Shown here: positions 15,723 to 26,957 of the stretch, piece by piece
Layout: every line of letters starts with the position of its first letter
How positions within the stretch are numbered: the first letter of the stretch is position 1
From: Nemertoderma westbladi
Taxonomy: Eukaryota; Animalia; Xenacoelomorpha
Direction of reading: 5' to 3'
DNA: 39,570 nucleotides
NCBI GenBank assembly: GCA_032718475.1
Contig: JAUCBJ010001252.1
Location: forward strand, 1 to 39,570
Translations under genes and position numbers: made by a program
The notes under the pieces: generated by a model
What the model was told of the DNA's origin: nothing
Database searches by the model: none
Seen by the model: the letters and a program-made list of their open reading frames with translations, nothing else

Positions 15723-17026
15723 CATTTTTGCACCTATCAAATTAAGCTCAGAAGCTCCCTTATCTCGGCATCTTGCAATGTCCTGGAAAGGTTAGGCAGT
15801 TAGGAGGTCATAACTGTCATAAGCAGTTAAGGGCAGAAGGAGGACGGGGCTGGGAGACGAGGTTATAAGAGACATTATATAAGGATATTTAATTTAATTT
15901 ATTTAATTTAATATATGAGAAATGAGAAATATTTAATTTATTTAAGGAGTATGCAGATTTTGGAATGAAATTGTATACCTAAATATGAAACCCATGTCAA
16001 AAAGTTCTTATTTAAGGACTTTTAGTATTTATGTGTACAAATTCGATGTCTTAAATAAGGTAAATTTAAAAAATCCCTCTTATTTAGGAACTGGTCGTAT
16101 TTTTGATGCAATTTTAAAACGCTTGTAGAAAAAAAACCGGACGGTGAAATGTTTTCTGGTTTTTTGCATTATGTTCAAGAAAGACCCAACTTTTATATTG
16201 TGAAATAAAATTATGCGGTATTTTTACCTGAAACAAGTTCTTGCATATTATGTCGAAAAAATATCCAAAAAAGGCCCAAAAACCCCTAAATAAGAGCCAT
16301 TTTCCTTAAATAAGAACCCAGTTTTGGAGCTTATTTAAGGGTATGTTCCCTACTGCCTGTTGTCATTACTGCAATATGCAACTTCTGCTGTACCTGTGCA
16401 GCCTGTGTACTGTGCAGGTACAGAGGTACCGGTAGCAAGTTTATGCCTACTAAATAGTAAATTACCGGTACCGGTACCGGTAAGGTAGCTACTGCTTTAC
16501 TCCATACTCTGGCACTACAATTAATACCTGAATGTCGTAATGTTAGAATGAGAGTATTATTAGCAATAAAATGTTCTTTATAAACAGCTGCAGTTGAACG
16601 TTGTTCTACTGTAAGATTGGATTAACCAATGAACGACTTCCGTGTCATCAACTTGGCACTTGGCTTGGCTGGCGTTATCAGATATTCGTATATGCGTCAT
16701 AGTCAGTCCACCACCACATGTTCCCTACAACACACACTTTATAGCCAGCGTCATTGATTTGTCCCTTACCTGTAACTGCATGCCTAGAGATGGAATGCCA
16801 CACTCATGTAGATACATTATGAAGAATGGATTCGATGGATTCTATGTTTACCCAATTTACCATAGCTAACTGCAATCTGGCTATATGCATACATAATAAT
16901 GTATGCGATAATATGTATACGATAAGGCTTACTGTACTGAGTGCTGTCCGCAGTGCATTTATCATTATTTTTGTTACTGTACAGTGTATCTTTAGTATTT
17001 ATTTAGTGAAGTGAGAAGTGAAGGTT

Positions 17027-17974
17027 AACCAAATTAGTTCCAATCGCACATTTTCAAAGGCGAACTGAGTTCCCATTGAAACGAATTTAGTTCCAAAATA
17101 AATTTTACAAAGCGAACTTAGTTCCAATCGAGGTGAACTTAGTTCCAATCCTAGAATATCAAAACGAACTTAGTTCCAATGATTCCCCGTACTTGGTTCC
17201 AATTTAAGCCTCATGCGAATTTAGTTCCAATGGAAACGAATTTAGTTCCAATTTTGGCGAATTTAGTTCCAATTTAGGCGAACTTAGTTCCAATAACTAG
17301 AGAAAAGGAAAACGAATTTAGTTTCAATGCATGCGAATTTAGTTCCAATTGATGCGAATTTAGTTCCAATTGATGCGAATTTAGTTCCAATGGATGCAAA
17401 CTTAGTTCGAATGCAAGCGAATTTGGTTCCGATGTTTCATGTGTGGGGCGAGCCACGTAGTTGGCGAAGAATCTGTTTAAGGACACTATTAGGTGGATGG
17501 TTAAATAATAATTGTAAATAACTAACCCAAAACGCCTAATCTCCTAACCAAAACAATCTTATCCCAAACAACGCCCAACCTCTTAACCCAAACAATTCAA
17601 TTAAATTCATTTATATTTAATCATTTGAAATTATATTCATTGTAAAAAACAACGCCCATTGTCTTACCTCCTTGGTTAGGAGGTTAGGAGGTTGGGCGTT
17701 TTGGGTTAGTTATTTACAATTATTATTTAACCATCCACTTAATAGAGTCATTAAACACAGATTCTTCGCCAACTACGTGCCTCGCCCCACACCTGAAACA
17801 TTGGAACTAAATTCGCCAAAATTGGAACTACAGTAAATTCGTTTTCGTTTGTCTCTAGTTATTGGAACTAAGTTCGCCTAAATTGGAACTAAATTCGCCA
17901 AAATTGGAACTAAATTCGTTTCCATTGGAACTAAATTCGCATGAGGCTTAAATTGGAACTAAGTGCGGGGAATC
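17027..17974. mobile_element. Foldback-like element with arms made of ~21-bp tandem repeats
   Basis: CGAA(T/C)TTAGTTCCAAT units. ~17181-17550 is inverted relative to ~17672-17974, including the unique inner segment GTGTGGGGCGAGCCACGTAGTTGGCGAAGAATCTGT. Confidence 0.85.
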
Positions 17975-19368
17975 AATTGCATGAATTAATTATATTTATT
18001 TTACCCCTGATATTTCTTCCCACTTCTTAGATTATGACATGATTATTTGAATTAGGATTTGTGCCTGGTGACCAATAAAACCCTAACCCAAAATCAAAGT
18101 CTAACCCAAAATCGCCTACCAAAAACGTTGACTGCTTAACTGTTACTACAGTCCCGTAGTTAATCTATAGCCTCGTTTTTAAATTTTTAGTTAAATCTAA
18201 AAGAGGCTCAACATTCCCAGCATACTGTAAAATACCCATGAGTATCCGCGTTTCTGCCACACCTGTGGCGTTCGTAAAAAGTAGTACAATATTTGTTAAG
18301 ATTTGTGAAACTTTCGTCATTGATTATCGTTAGTCCGAATAATTTTCCAAATGCGTATACAGTATAGTATTGCATGTTATAATTCGCGATTCGAATTCAT
18401 GCGATTCGAATTCCACACCACGCAAAAATCACATCCGTGGTTTCTTTTGTTTGTGGTACATATGCGATAGAATGCAGGCAGCCCACAATAGTGGTGGTGA
18501 CCCCGCAATACGCATGTATTTTCAACTACATACAGGAATTCAGGTCAATCTCTACTCAGTAAACATTAGATTGTCCACTTTATCAGTGGCCTCTTTCACT
18601 CTCTTTGTTAATAGACAGTCAGGCACAAGACAATCACTCTTTGGCATTGGCGACGTTGCGAAAATATACCAGGGGAGTCTTAGCCTACTCCGGCAGAACC
18701 ATGTCTCACTCTATAGATACGACCAGGGAAACTCAACATACAGTAATAATAAATTAAGTATAATAATACTGTATAATTATATTAACTACTTTATACATAG
18801 TTTATATTTCCCACTGATAAAGTTCAAACTTTGACATACTGGTAGGCCTACAGTATTTTGGCAACTCGCCCTATAGTTCGGTAATATAAAGGTACTTTTT
18901 TGGGATGAAGATATTGCCTGGCCAGCATTTCTATTCAAGTCAATATTTATTTATAATTACTGTATTAAAACATTACCTTGGTTACTAAAAATTAATTATT
19001 GACTGACATGGAAACCAAACATGTATTTCCTTTGCTGAACTGAAATGTATAATTTGCCGAGCGAGCGAGCGTTCAGCTACCGAAGTTATAATTATTATAC
19101 ATCAAGGAAAAAAAAACAATTGTTTTCCACGTAATAGCCTTTTTTAAGTTCCACGTAATACAGTAATTACCTTTTCACCTCCCTTTATTGCTCCCCCATC
19201 TATATACCTTACAGTATTAAGGCAATTCAATTTTGTGGCTATCGCATAAAATAAATGCATGTGAAAATCAATTAATCATAAAATAACAAATATACCATCC
19301 ATATACAAATCATTGTCAACCTGATAACTAACACTCACAGTACGTCAGAGTATTGCCCTAATGGAGCA

Positions 19369-19932
19369 CTATTTATTTATTTTATCAGCAGGTACATGTT
19401 TGAGTAGGTATATGAGCTTGTCTAGAACTTGGAAAATGCCATCTCCTGATGTTCCACAAGTGGGCAGGACGTAAGTACCATTCGTGTTTGGGCAAGTATT
19501 TCAACCTCATTCCATTGGATACATCAACTGGGTTCATTGCATTCGGTAAATCCTGTTTGTTTGTTGTTATTACAAGCAGAACAGATTCCAATAGTTGATC
19601 TTCCTCCAATAGTATCATGAGTTCTTCCCCCGTCTCATCCACTCGCTTTCTGTCGCTACTATCAACGACAAATATTAACCCATGAATATTCCGGATAAAA
19701 TACCTCCATAAAGGTCTAAACTTCTTCTGACCACCAACATCCCACACTTTAATATTAATTATATTATTCTTATATTCTACAGTTTCACCACTAAGTCAAC
19801 GTTTGGAATGGCTGTTACATCTTCTCCATACTTTAACTTAGACAAAATGCTAGTCTTTCCAGCTACATCAAGACCCATCATTAATATCCTTATGTGCTTC
19901 TTTCGGGGGCGCGCTCCGAAAGTATTTCCCAT
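19369..19932 (-). pseudogene. ADP-ribosylation factor (ARF-family GTPase) pseudogene
   Basis: ATG 19932 [21 protein letters not shown]; frameshift near 19790; [32 protein letters not shown]; second frameshift near 19465 before [14 protein letters not shown]. Confidence 0.85.
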
Positions 19933-20029
19933 ATTGATCGACAGTTTTACAATCAATTAATTTCACGAGCAACAAAATATAACGATAATTCAATTAAAGG
20001 ACTGTCGAGGATTTCATATTACGGTATCA

Positions 20030-20380
20030 CAATCTGATTATGGGGCCTTAGAACATTATTCGTAGAACCAGCACTCCTATGGAAATCCATGCTGGGGGTC
20101 TAACTGCTGAGGACACCAAATCTCTCTATGGCGCATTCACAAGAATGCTACGTAGGGTTCACTGTGTCAAGTACAATGCACACATCTCCAACCAGACACT
20201 ATATAACATTGGAGGTGTCTCATTGGTTCCCCCAAGCTTGACACTAGAACAAAGCCGCCTCCACTTAGCAGGATATTGCTTTCGCCGTGTGGACCAGCCA
20301 GCCCATAATCATGTGCTTTCGCAGCCTCATGGAGTGAATAAGTATGGTGGACAGTGTCGCGCTGCAATTTTATCGACAAG
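20030..20380 (+). mobile_element. RTE-type LINE, 3' ORF2 fragment
   Basis: GAFTRMLRRVHCVKYNAHISNQTLY..RLHLAGYCFRRVDQPA resembles the RTE C-terminal TRMLR..RLRLAGHC motif. Confidence 0.75.
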
Positions 20381-22194
20381 CAGGCCTAGCATTCTTAGTA
20401 GACGCTGCATTACAGCAAACAAATTGCATAGTGGTGGCGCACTATTTTTGTTAAACCAGCACAGCATCTCAATGTGCAGCTGTAATACAGGAGTCTAGGA
20501 GTCTAATTCTAATTAGATCAATGTTAATAAACAATTAAGGGAAAGGAGCAGGATACAATGGTAGGATATTCAAACTAAAACAATAAACGAAAGAAAAAAT
20601 AAACTTTGCTCCTGATCAGCTGTATGATTTGAGTCGAATTTTCCCTGGAGAGGGATGAATTCTAATTGCTTCAAGAGTCCCCCTACCCCCCCCCCCCCCC
20701 TCTGTAATTGTAACTATTAAATTTAACCTAAATTAAATTAAAGTCCATAATTTAGTAAAGCCCAGATAGATCAATTGTTAATTCAACAGGAATGTAATAA
20801 ATTAGCGTTTGCACGCACCGCACACCATTATATATATATTGGTAAACCCCATATACCCGGTAACTAATGATGGATTATAAATTCATTTATTACTCTCGGT
20901 TCAGACTAAATTCAATGAAAACGGATACAACTTTTAAGACCATTGTCTTGTCATATCATTATGCCCTTGTTCTCAATAAAAGAAACACTCAGCCATTCCG
21001 GTGTCAGAACATAAATTACACGTTCGTGGGGCCTTCGCGCAGCACGAGGCCCAGTTATGAGATACAAATTAAAATTGTGCGACTGTATCACAAAATCAGG
21101 TTATGAGAGATTAACCCACACCACCAATTAATCAAAGAAAGGGGGACAGTACGTGTTCACCCCTTTTAATCTGCACCCCCCCCCCCCCTCCCTTCCCACC
21201 CACCAATACATAACCGCGACATCTACCACCCACGGAAGGGTAGCACGAACTTATTTCCAAACGCACGTTCAATATGCAAAGCCAGGTGGTTTATAGGAAT
21301 ATAATCAATGCAGTACTCGTCTTCATTATAAGCCTCTTTGCGTTCGACCTGTTTTGTATTAAAATATATTTATTAAACGCAGGCTGACGCTCTTTATAAT
21401 AATAATACCTAGGGATGCCAGCTTCCAGACTTTCAATCTTTACTGCCGCGCAAACCCCGCAGAGGAAGTTTTGGTTTGAGAGATCAAGCCCATCGGCAAT
21501 TGGTGTTTCAATTTCGGTCCAGGAACTCTGACAATGGGAGCATTCAACCTTAGCTGTGGTCCATTCCCGTGGTTTCGGCTTCCTTTTCTTCGTCCCAATG
21601 ACAGATTCTTCTGAAGACGTTCGATTCGCTTTCAGTGTTTTGAAGTTGTATTCGAGTGGACAGTCGCGCCGGTTTCGAGGTAACCATACCGACCTGTGAT
21701 AAGCGTTGGTTTTGTTGAGTGCCGGTATTCATCTTCTCTCACCTCTTCAATGTCAGATGTTGCAAATACTGATAACACGAATAACGGTATATATTTCAAT
21801 ACTTGTCAATAGTAATATATATAATTTAGATAACTATTTTATATCTGTACTGTTGAGCAAACTCTACATAAATTCCAACCTTTGTATCGCCGGTAGTGCT
21901 GTTGCTGTGCAAGTGATGAAGTGCTAGTTGCCACCGGTCAGCCGGTACCGGTAGTAGGGTGGTACCATGGCCTACTACACACAGGCCATGACAAGGACTT
22001 TGCTGTGAAATTAGCGTAGGCTGACTGGTGACTGATGAATTATCAAATATTATATTTTCCACGAATGCAGGGTCCATATTTAAAAGAAGATGACTAGATT
22101 TTCGTAAAGTAATTTAATTGAAACAGTATTTAATAATTAATAAATTAATTAACGCTAGAGTTCCTGCAGCTTTTATTTGTTTGTGGCTGCCTCT

Positions 22195-22495
22195 GGCTAT
22201 GTTTGTGGCAGGAATGTTTGAACGCTTATAAGTCAGTCAATCAAGGATGAAATGGAACCAAACTTGGTACACATGTAGTCTATAAAAAATTTTGAAATTC
22301 TACACACAGACAGACTTCTACAGTTCCCCTGTCTGCCGCTAGGGGGCGAATTAACAGAAACTTAAAAATAGCTGTAATTATAGAACCAACGATCAGATTC
22401 ATCTGAAATTTAGTAGTAGTTACCTAAGAGCATTGCTTAATTAGAAATTCTACAGAGACTTTTACAGTTCCTGTCTGCCGCTAGTGGGGAATTGT
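22195..22495 (+). mobile_element. Helentron/DINE-like fragment (duplicated at ~25645-25940)
   Basis: GGATGAAATGGAACCAAACTTGGTACACATGT core plus two internal CAGTTCC..TGTCTGCCGCTAG units. Confidence 0.5.
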
Positions 22496-22607
22496 TAAAG
22501 CTCCAGTTCAACGTGCTTAGCACGGTTTAATAAACAATAAATTAATTATTTTATTCAATACAGTAATTATAACAGTAAAATGCAATGTATTCTATTTTTT
22601 AGTAAAA

Positions 22608-22876
22608 TCAAGAGACAGGAGGGGGGTGGGACTGGACGCAAATCCCATCTTGGCGAATTAATATCCCGCCTCAATATTAATTTCTCAATTTTGGGAAAGG
22701 AGCAGGTTACAGTGGCACGTTATTTTAACCAAAACAATAAAGTAAACACAATAGAACAGGTTACAGTTTTATTTTTGAGAGTAATCAGCTGTTGTTATTT
22801 GCGTCCAATTTCCCCTGGAGAGGGATTAATTTTTATTGCGTCCAGTCCCCCCCCCCCCCCCCCCCCCCTATCTTGA
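22608..22876. mobile_element. MITE with G/C-tract TIRs (duplicated at 26056-26321; relative near 20538-20700)
   Basis: TCAAGA..GGGACTGGACGCAA / TTGCGTCCAGTCC(C)nTATCTTGA. Confidence 0.65.
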
Positions 22877-23024
22877 AATCAAATACCAAAAATATATTTA
22901 TTATATGAACAATCTATTTGGAAATTGTAAGTTCGGCCTATCTCTTTACCATAAGCTCAGTATCTTTATCTGGTGTGTTTTTATTATTTTACCAATTATT
23001 TAATACGTTTGATAGAATTGAACA

Positions 23025-23659
23025 ACACCGCCCAACACAACCAACTCTCTATCCGCCTCGAGCTGTCGAGCATCGAGAATACGAGAAACTCGATCGAAAT
23101 ACCTGCTTATCCCAGTAGTATCCGTCCGTAGTCACCGGACCGCTGCGGTTTACTCCCGTAGAACAGTAGAATTCCCGCAGCTTTCGACCCAATTCGACAA
23201 CGAATTCGCTTCACACTTTCACGTCGCAGAGAACGTAATCCAGTGCGATACAAGTATGCCCGACGTTCAACCATTTCCCCCAGGCGATACCAGGATCCGG
23301 GCCGCCGCTAAACCCAGATCGCAATCCTCGTCGATTCGTCCAGTCGTCGACGTAAGTCAGTAAGTGGGACTCTTCCCACCGCACTCCAAGGTGGGTGACC
23401 GGAGTGAGGCATGAGGAACTTGGCAGTGGCCCGCATTACGATCTGACCGACCGCCGTATTCCCAGTGTCTGAGTGTAGTAAATACCCAAATAGAATCGTA
23501 CTGACAAACAAGCAATTCCGTAGCACTGCGTAGTATTCCCCCGTTAATCACCTCTTGAAGCAACTCGGCTGCTCGGGTCCAGATACATCGGACTGTCGGG
23601 AGCGTTTCAGACAGTAATGGCAGAATGGAGCGGCATTTGCGAATATTTCCAATGGTTTT
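23025..23659 (-). pseudogene. Aldehyde dehydrogenase family 3 (fatty aldehyde dehydrogenase-like) internal fragment
   Basis: After removing small insertions it reads KPLEIFANAAPLLSETLPMYLDPSCF..VINGG..ATELLVCQYDSIYYTGNTAVGQIVMRATAKFLTPVTLECGGKSPTYVDEDCDLGLAAARIAWGKWLNVGHTCIALDYVLCDVKV*SEFVVELGRKLREFYGSKPQRSGDYGRI, which includes the ALDH LE-GGKSP and catalytic Cys motifs. Confidence 0.92.
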
Positions 23660-24854
23660 ATAATAAATAAGGGGATTAAATGCTAAAACAAATGGATTAT
23701 TCCTAACCCCACCCCAATACAGCAGTATACCTAACAGTATATAGCTTGTACCACAGTACCATAATCTGATAATCAGCACAGTCAGCCTACGCTAATTTCA
23801 CAGCAAAGTCCTTGTCATGGCCTGTGTGTAGTAGGCCATGGGTGGTACCTACGGCAGTACGGTGCGCACTACAACTGACAACGGCAGTACAGCAATACGG
23901 CTGTACGGTGTACCGTGCCAATGCAGCAATGACTGAATGATTAGCGGTAACTATCTAAACTATTACTGTATTATATTATTATTACCGGTGCCGGTACTGG
24001 GCTAATTAGGCCTAAACTTTAATCACCGCAAGGGTTGCCGGGGTTAATTAGATTACATGATATGGCATGTCTGCAGTGTATGGTACCGGCTGACCAGTAT
24101 TGCAGTATTGACTGATTGCAGGATTCTCGATTCAGGGATTGAGTACAGCCTGACAGTACCGGTACACATGGTACATGCAGACAACCCCAATGTATTGCAA
24201 AATTTGTCAGAAAAACCAGCTGATTTATCCTACAGTAATAATAATTTAACGCATTTTAAATTTGGATAAATAAATTTATTATAACTGCAATAACAGTTAC
24301 ACTGATGCTGCACGAAGACCCCACGCAAATTCTACTTGGAAAATTTTCAAACTTTTGCCAAACAACATGTGTACCAAGTTTGGATAGATTTCATCAAGGA
24401 TTGGCCGAGTTATTAACGTTTAAAATAAAATACTGAAAAAAAACGCGACAGAACGACACGTTCGTGGGGCCTTCGCGCAGCACGAGGCCCAGTTATGAGA
24501 TACAAATTAAAATTGTGCGACTGTATCACAAAATCAGGTTATGAGAGATTAACCCACACCACAAATTAATCAAAGAAAGGGGGACAGTACGTGTTCACCC
24601 CTTTTAATCTGCACCCCCCCCCCCCCTCCCTTCCCACCCACCAATACATAAACTGCAACATCTACCACCCACGGAAGGGTAGCACGAACTTATTTCCAAA
24701 CGCACGTTCAATATGCAAAGCCAGGTGGTTTATAGGAATATAATCAATGCAGTACTCGTCTTCATTATAAGCCTCTTTGCGTTCGACCTGTTTTGTATTA
24801 AAATATATTTATTAAACGCAGGCTGACGCTCTTTATAATAATAATACCTAGGGA

Positions 24855-25188
24855 TGCCAGCTTCCAGACTTTCAATCTTTACTGCCGCGCAAACCCCGCA
24901 GAAGAAGTTTTGGTTTGAGAGATCAAGCCCATCGGCAATTGGTGTTTCAATTTCGGTCCAGGAACTCTGACAATGGGAGCATTCAATCTTAGCTGTGGTC
25001 CATTCCCGTGGTTTCGGCTTCCCTTTCTTCGTCCCAATGACAGATTCTTCTGAAGACGTTCGATTCGCTTTCAGTTTATTGTTGGCGTTTGTGTTTTGAA
25101 GTTGTATTCGAGTGGACAGTCGCGCCGGTTTCGAGGTAACCATACCGACCTGTGATAAGCGTTGGTTTTGTTGAGTGCCGGTATTCAT
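24855..25188 (-). other. Truncated Cys-rich ORF, possibly a LINE ORF1 PHD-like fragment (frameshifted copy at 21415-21732)
   Basis: ECSHC...FFCGVC pair of CxxC motifs followed by KIESLE; runs into a dispersed repeat. Confidence 0.35.
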
Positions 25189-26957
25189 CTTCTCTCACCT
25201 CTTCAATGTCAGATGTTGCAAATACTGATAACACGAATAACGGTATATATTTCAATACTTATCAATAGTAATATATATAATTTAGATAACTATTTTATAT
25301 CTGTACTGTTGAGCAAACTCTACATAAATTCCAACCTGTGTATCGCCGGTAGTGCTGTTGCTGTGCAAGTGCTGAAGTGCTAGTTGCCACCGGTCAGCCG
25401 GTACCGGTAGTAGGGTGGTACCATGGCCTACTACACACAGGCCATGACAAGGACGTTGCTGTGAAATTAGCGTAGGCTGACTGCTGAATTATCAAATATT
25501 ATATTTTCCACGAATGCAGGGTCCATATTTAAAAGAAGATGACTAGATTTTCGTAAGTAATTTAATTGAAACAGTATTTAATAATTAATTAATTAATTAT
25601 CGCTAGAGTTCCTGCAGCTTTTATTTGTTTGTGGCTGCCTCTGGCTATGTTTGTGGCAGGAATGTTTGAACGCTTATAAGTCAGTCAATCAAGGATGAAA
25701 TGGAACCAAACTTGGTACACATGTAGTCTATAAAAAATTTTGAAATTCTACACACAGACAGACTTCTACAGTTCCCCTGTCTGCCGCTAGGGGGCGAATT
25801 AACAGAAACTTAAAAATAGCTGTAATTATAGAACCAACGATCAGATTCATCTGAAATTTAGTAGTAGTTACCTAAGAGCATTGCTTAATTAGAAATTCTA
25901 CAGAGACTTTTACAGTTCCTGTCTGCCGCTAGTGGGGAATTGTTAAAGCTCCAGTTCAACGTGCTTAGCACGGTTTAATAAACAATAAATTAATTATTTT
26001 ATTCAATACAGTAATTATAACAGTAAAATGCAATGTATTCTATTTTTTAGTAAAATCAAGAGACAGGAGGGGGGTGGGACTGGACGCAAATCCCATCTTG
26101 GCGAATTAATATCCCGCCTCAATATTAATTTCTCAATTTTGGGAAAGGAGCAGGTTACAGTGGCACGTTATTTTAACCAAAACAATAAAGTAAACACAAT
26201 AGAACAGGTTACAGTTTTATTTTTGAGAGTAATCAGCTGTTGTTATTTGCGTCCAATTTCCCCTGGAGAGGGATTAATTTTTATTGCGTCCAGTCCCCCC
26301 CCCCCCCCCCCCCTATCTTGAAATCAAATACCAAAAATATATTTATTATATGAACAATCTATTTGGAAATTGTAAGTTCGGCCTATCTCTTTACCATAAG
26401 CTCAGTATCTTTATCTGGTGTGTTTTTATTATTTTACCAATTATTTAATACGTTTGATAGAATTGAACAACACCGCCCAACACAACCAACTCTCTATCCG
26501 CCTCGAGCTGTCGAGCATCGAGAATACGAGAAACTCGATCGAAATACCTGCTTATCCCAGTAGTATCCGTCCGTAGTCACCGGATTACATGATATGGCAT
26601 GTCTGCAGTGTATGGTACCGGCTGACCAGTATTGCAGTATTGACTGATTGCAGGATTCTCGATTCAGGGATTGAGTACAGCCTGACAGTACCGGTACACA
26701 TGGTACATGCAGACAACCCAGCTGATTTATCCTACAGTAATAATAATTTAACGCATTTTAAATTTGGATAAATAAATTTATTATAACTGCAATAACAGTT
26801 ACACTGATGCTGCACGAAGACCCCACGCAAATTCTACTTGGAAAATTTTCAAACTTTTGCCAAACAACATGTGTACCAAGTTTGGATAGATTTCATCAAG
26901 GATTGGCCGAGTTATTAACGTTTAAAATAAAATACTGAAAAAAAACGCGACAGAACG

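Larger units (their letters stand above)
13069..16355. mobile_element. Non-autonomous DNA transposon with ~426-bp TIRs, CAGTAG termini and 5-bp TSD
   Basis: 13069-13494 is the imperfect reverse complement of 15928-16355. CCTGT flanks both ends (13064-13068, 16356-16360). TIRs contain repeated TTATTTAAGG/CCTTAAATAA motifs. No transposase ORF. Confidence 0.92.
21966..23840. mobile_element. Non-autonomous TIR transposon (P- or hAT-like) with 8-bp TSD, carrying a gene fragment
   Basis: Perfect 62-bp TIR CATGGCCTACTACACACAGGCC..GGCTGACTG (21966-22027 / 23779-23840). GGTGGTAC at 21958-21965 and 23841-23848; symmetry also permits a 6- or 10-bp reading of the TSD. Confidence 0.88.

Noticed and set aside
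14356-15795. Long Cys/Leu/Val-rich ORFs (363 and 418 aa)
   Set aside because: They are open in several frames only because the TTG satellite lacks stop codons; no protein-like features.
17027-17430. Possible CRISPR array
   Set aside because: Linkers are only a few bases, the array is mirrored in an inverted arm, there are no cas genes, and the context is eukaryotic.
23519-23533. CGTAG-CACTG-CGTAG as another scar
   Set aside because: It fits the pattern, but removing it does not clearly restore the ALDH frame, so it was not counted.
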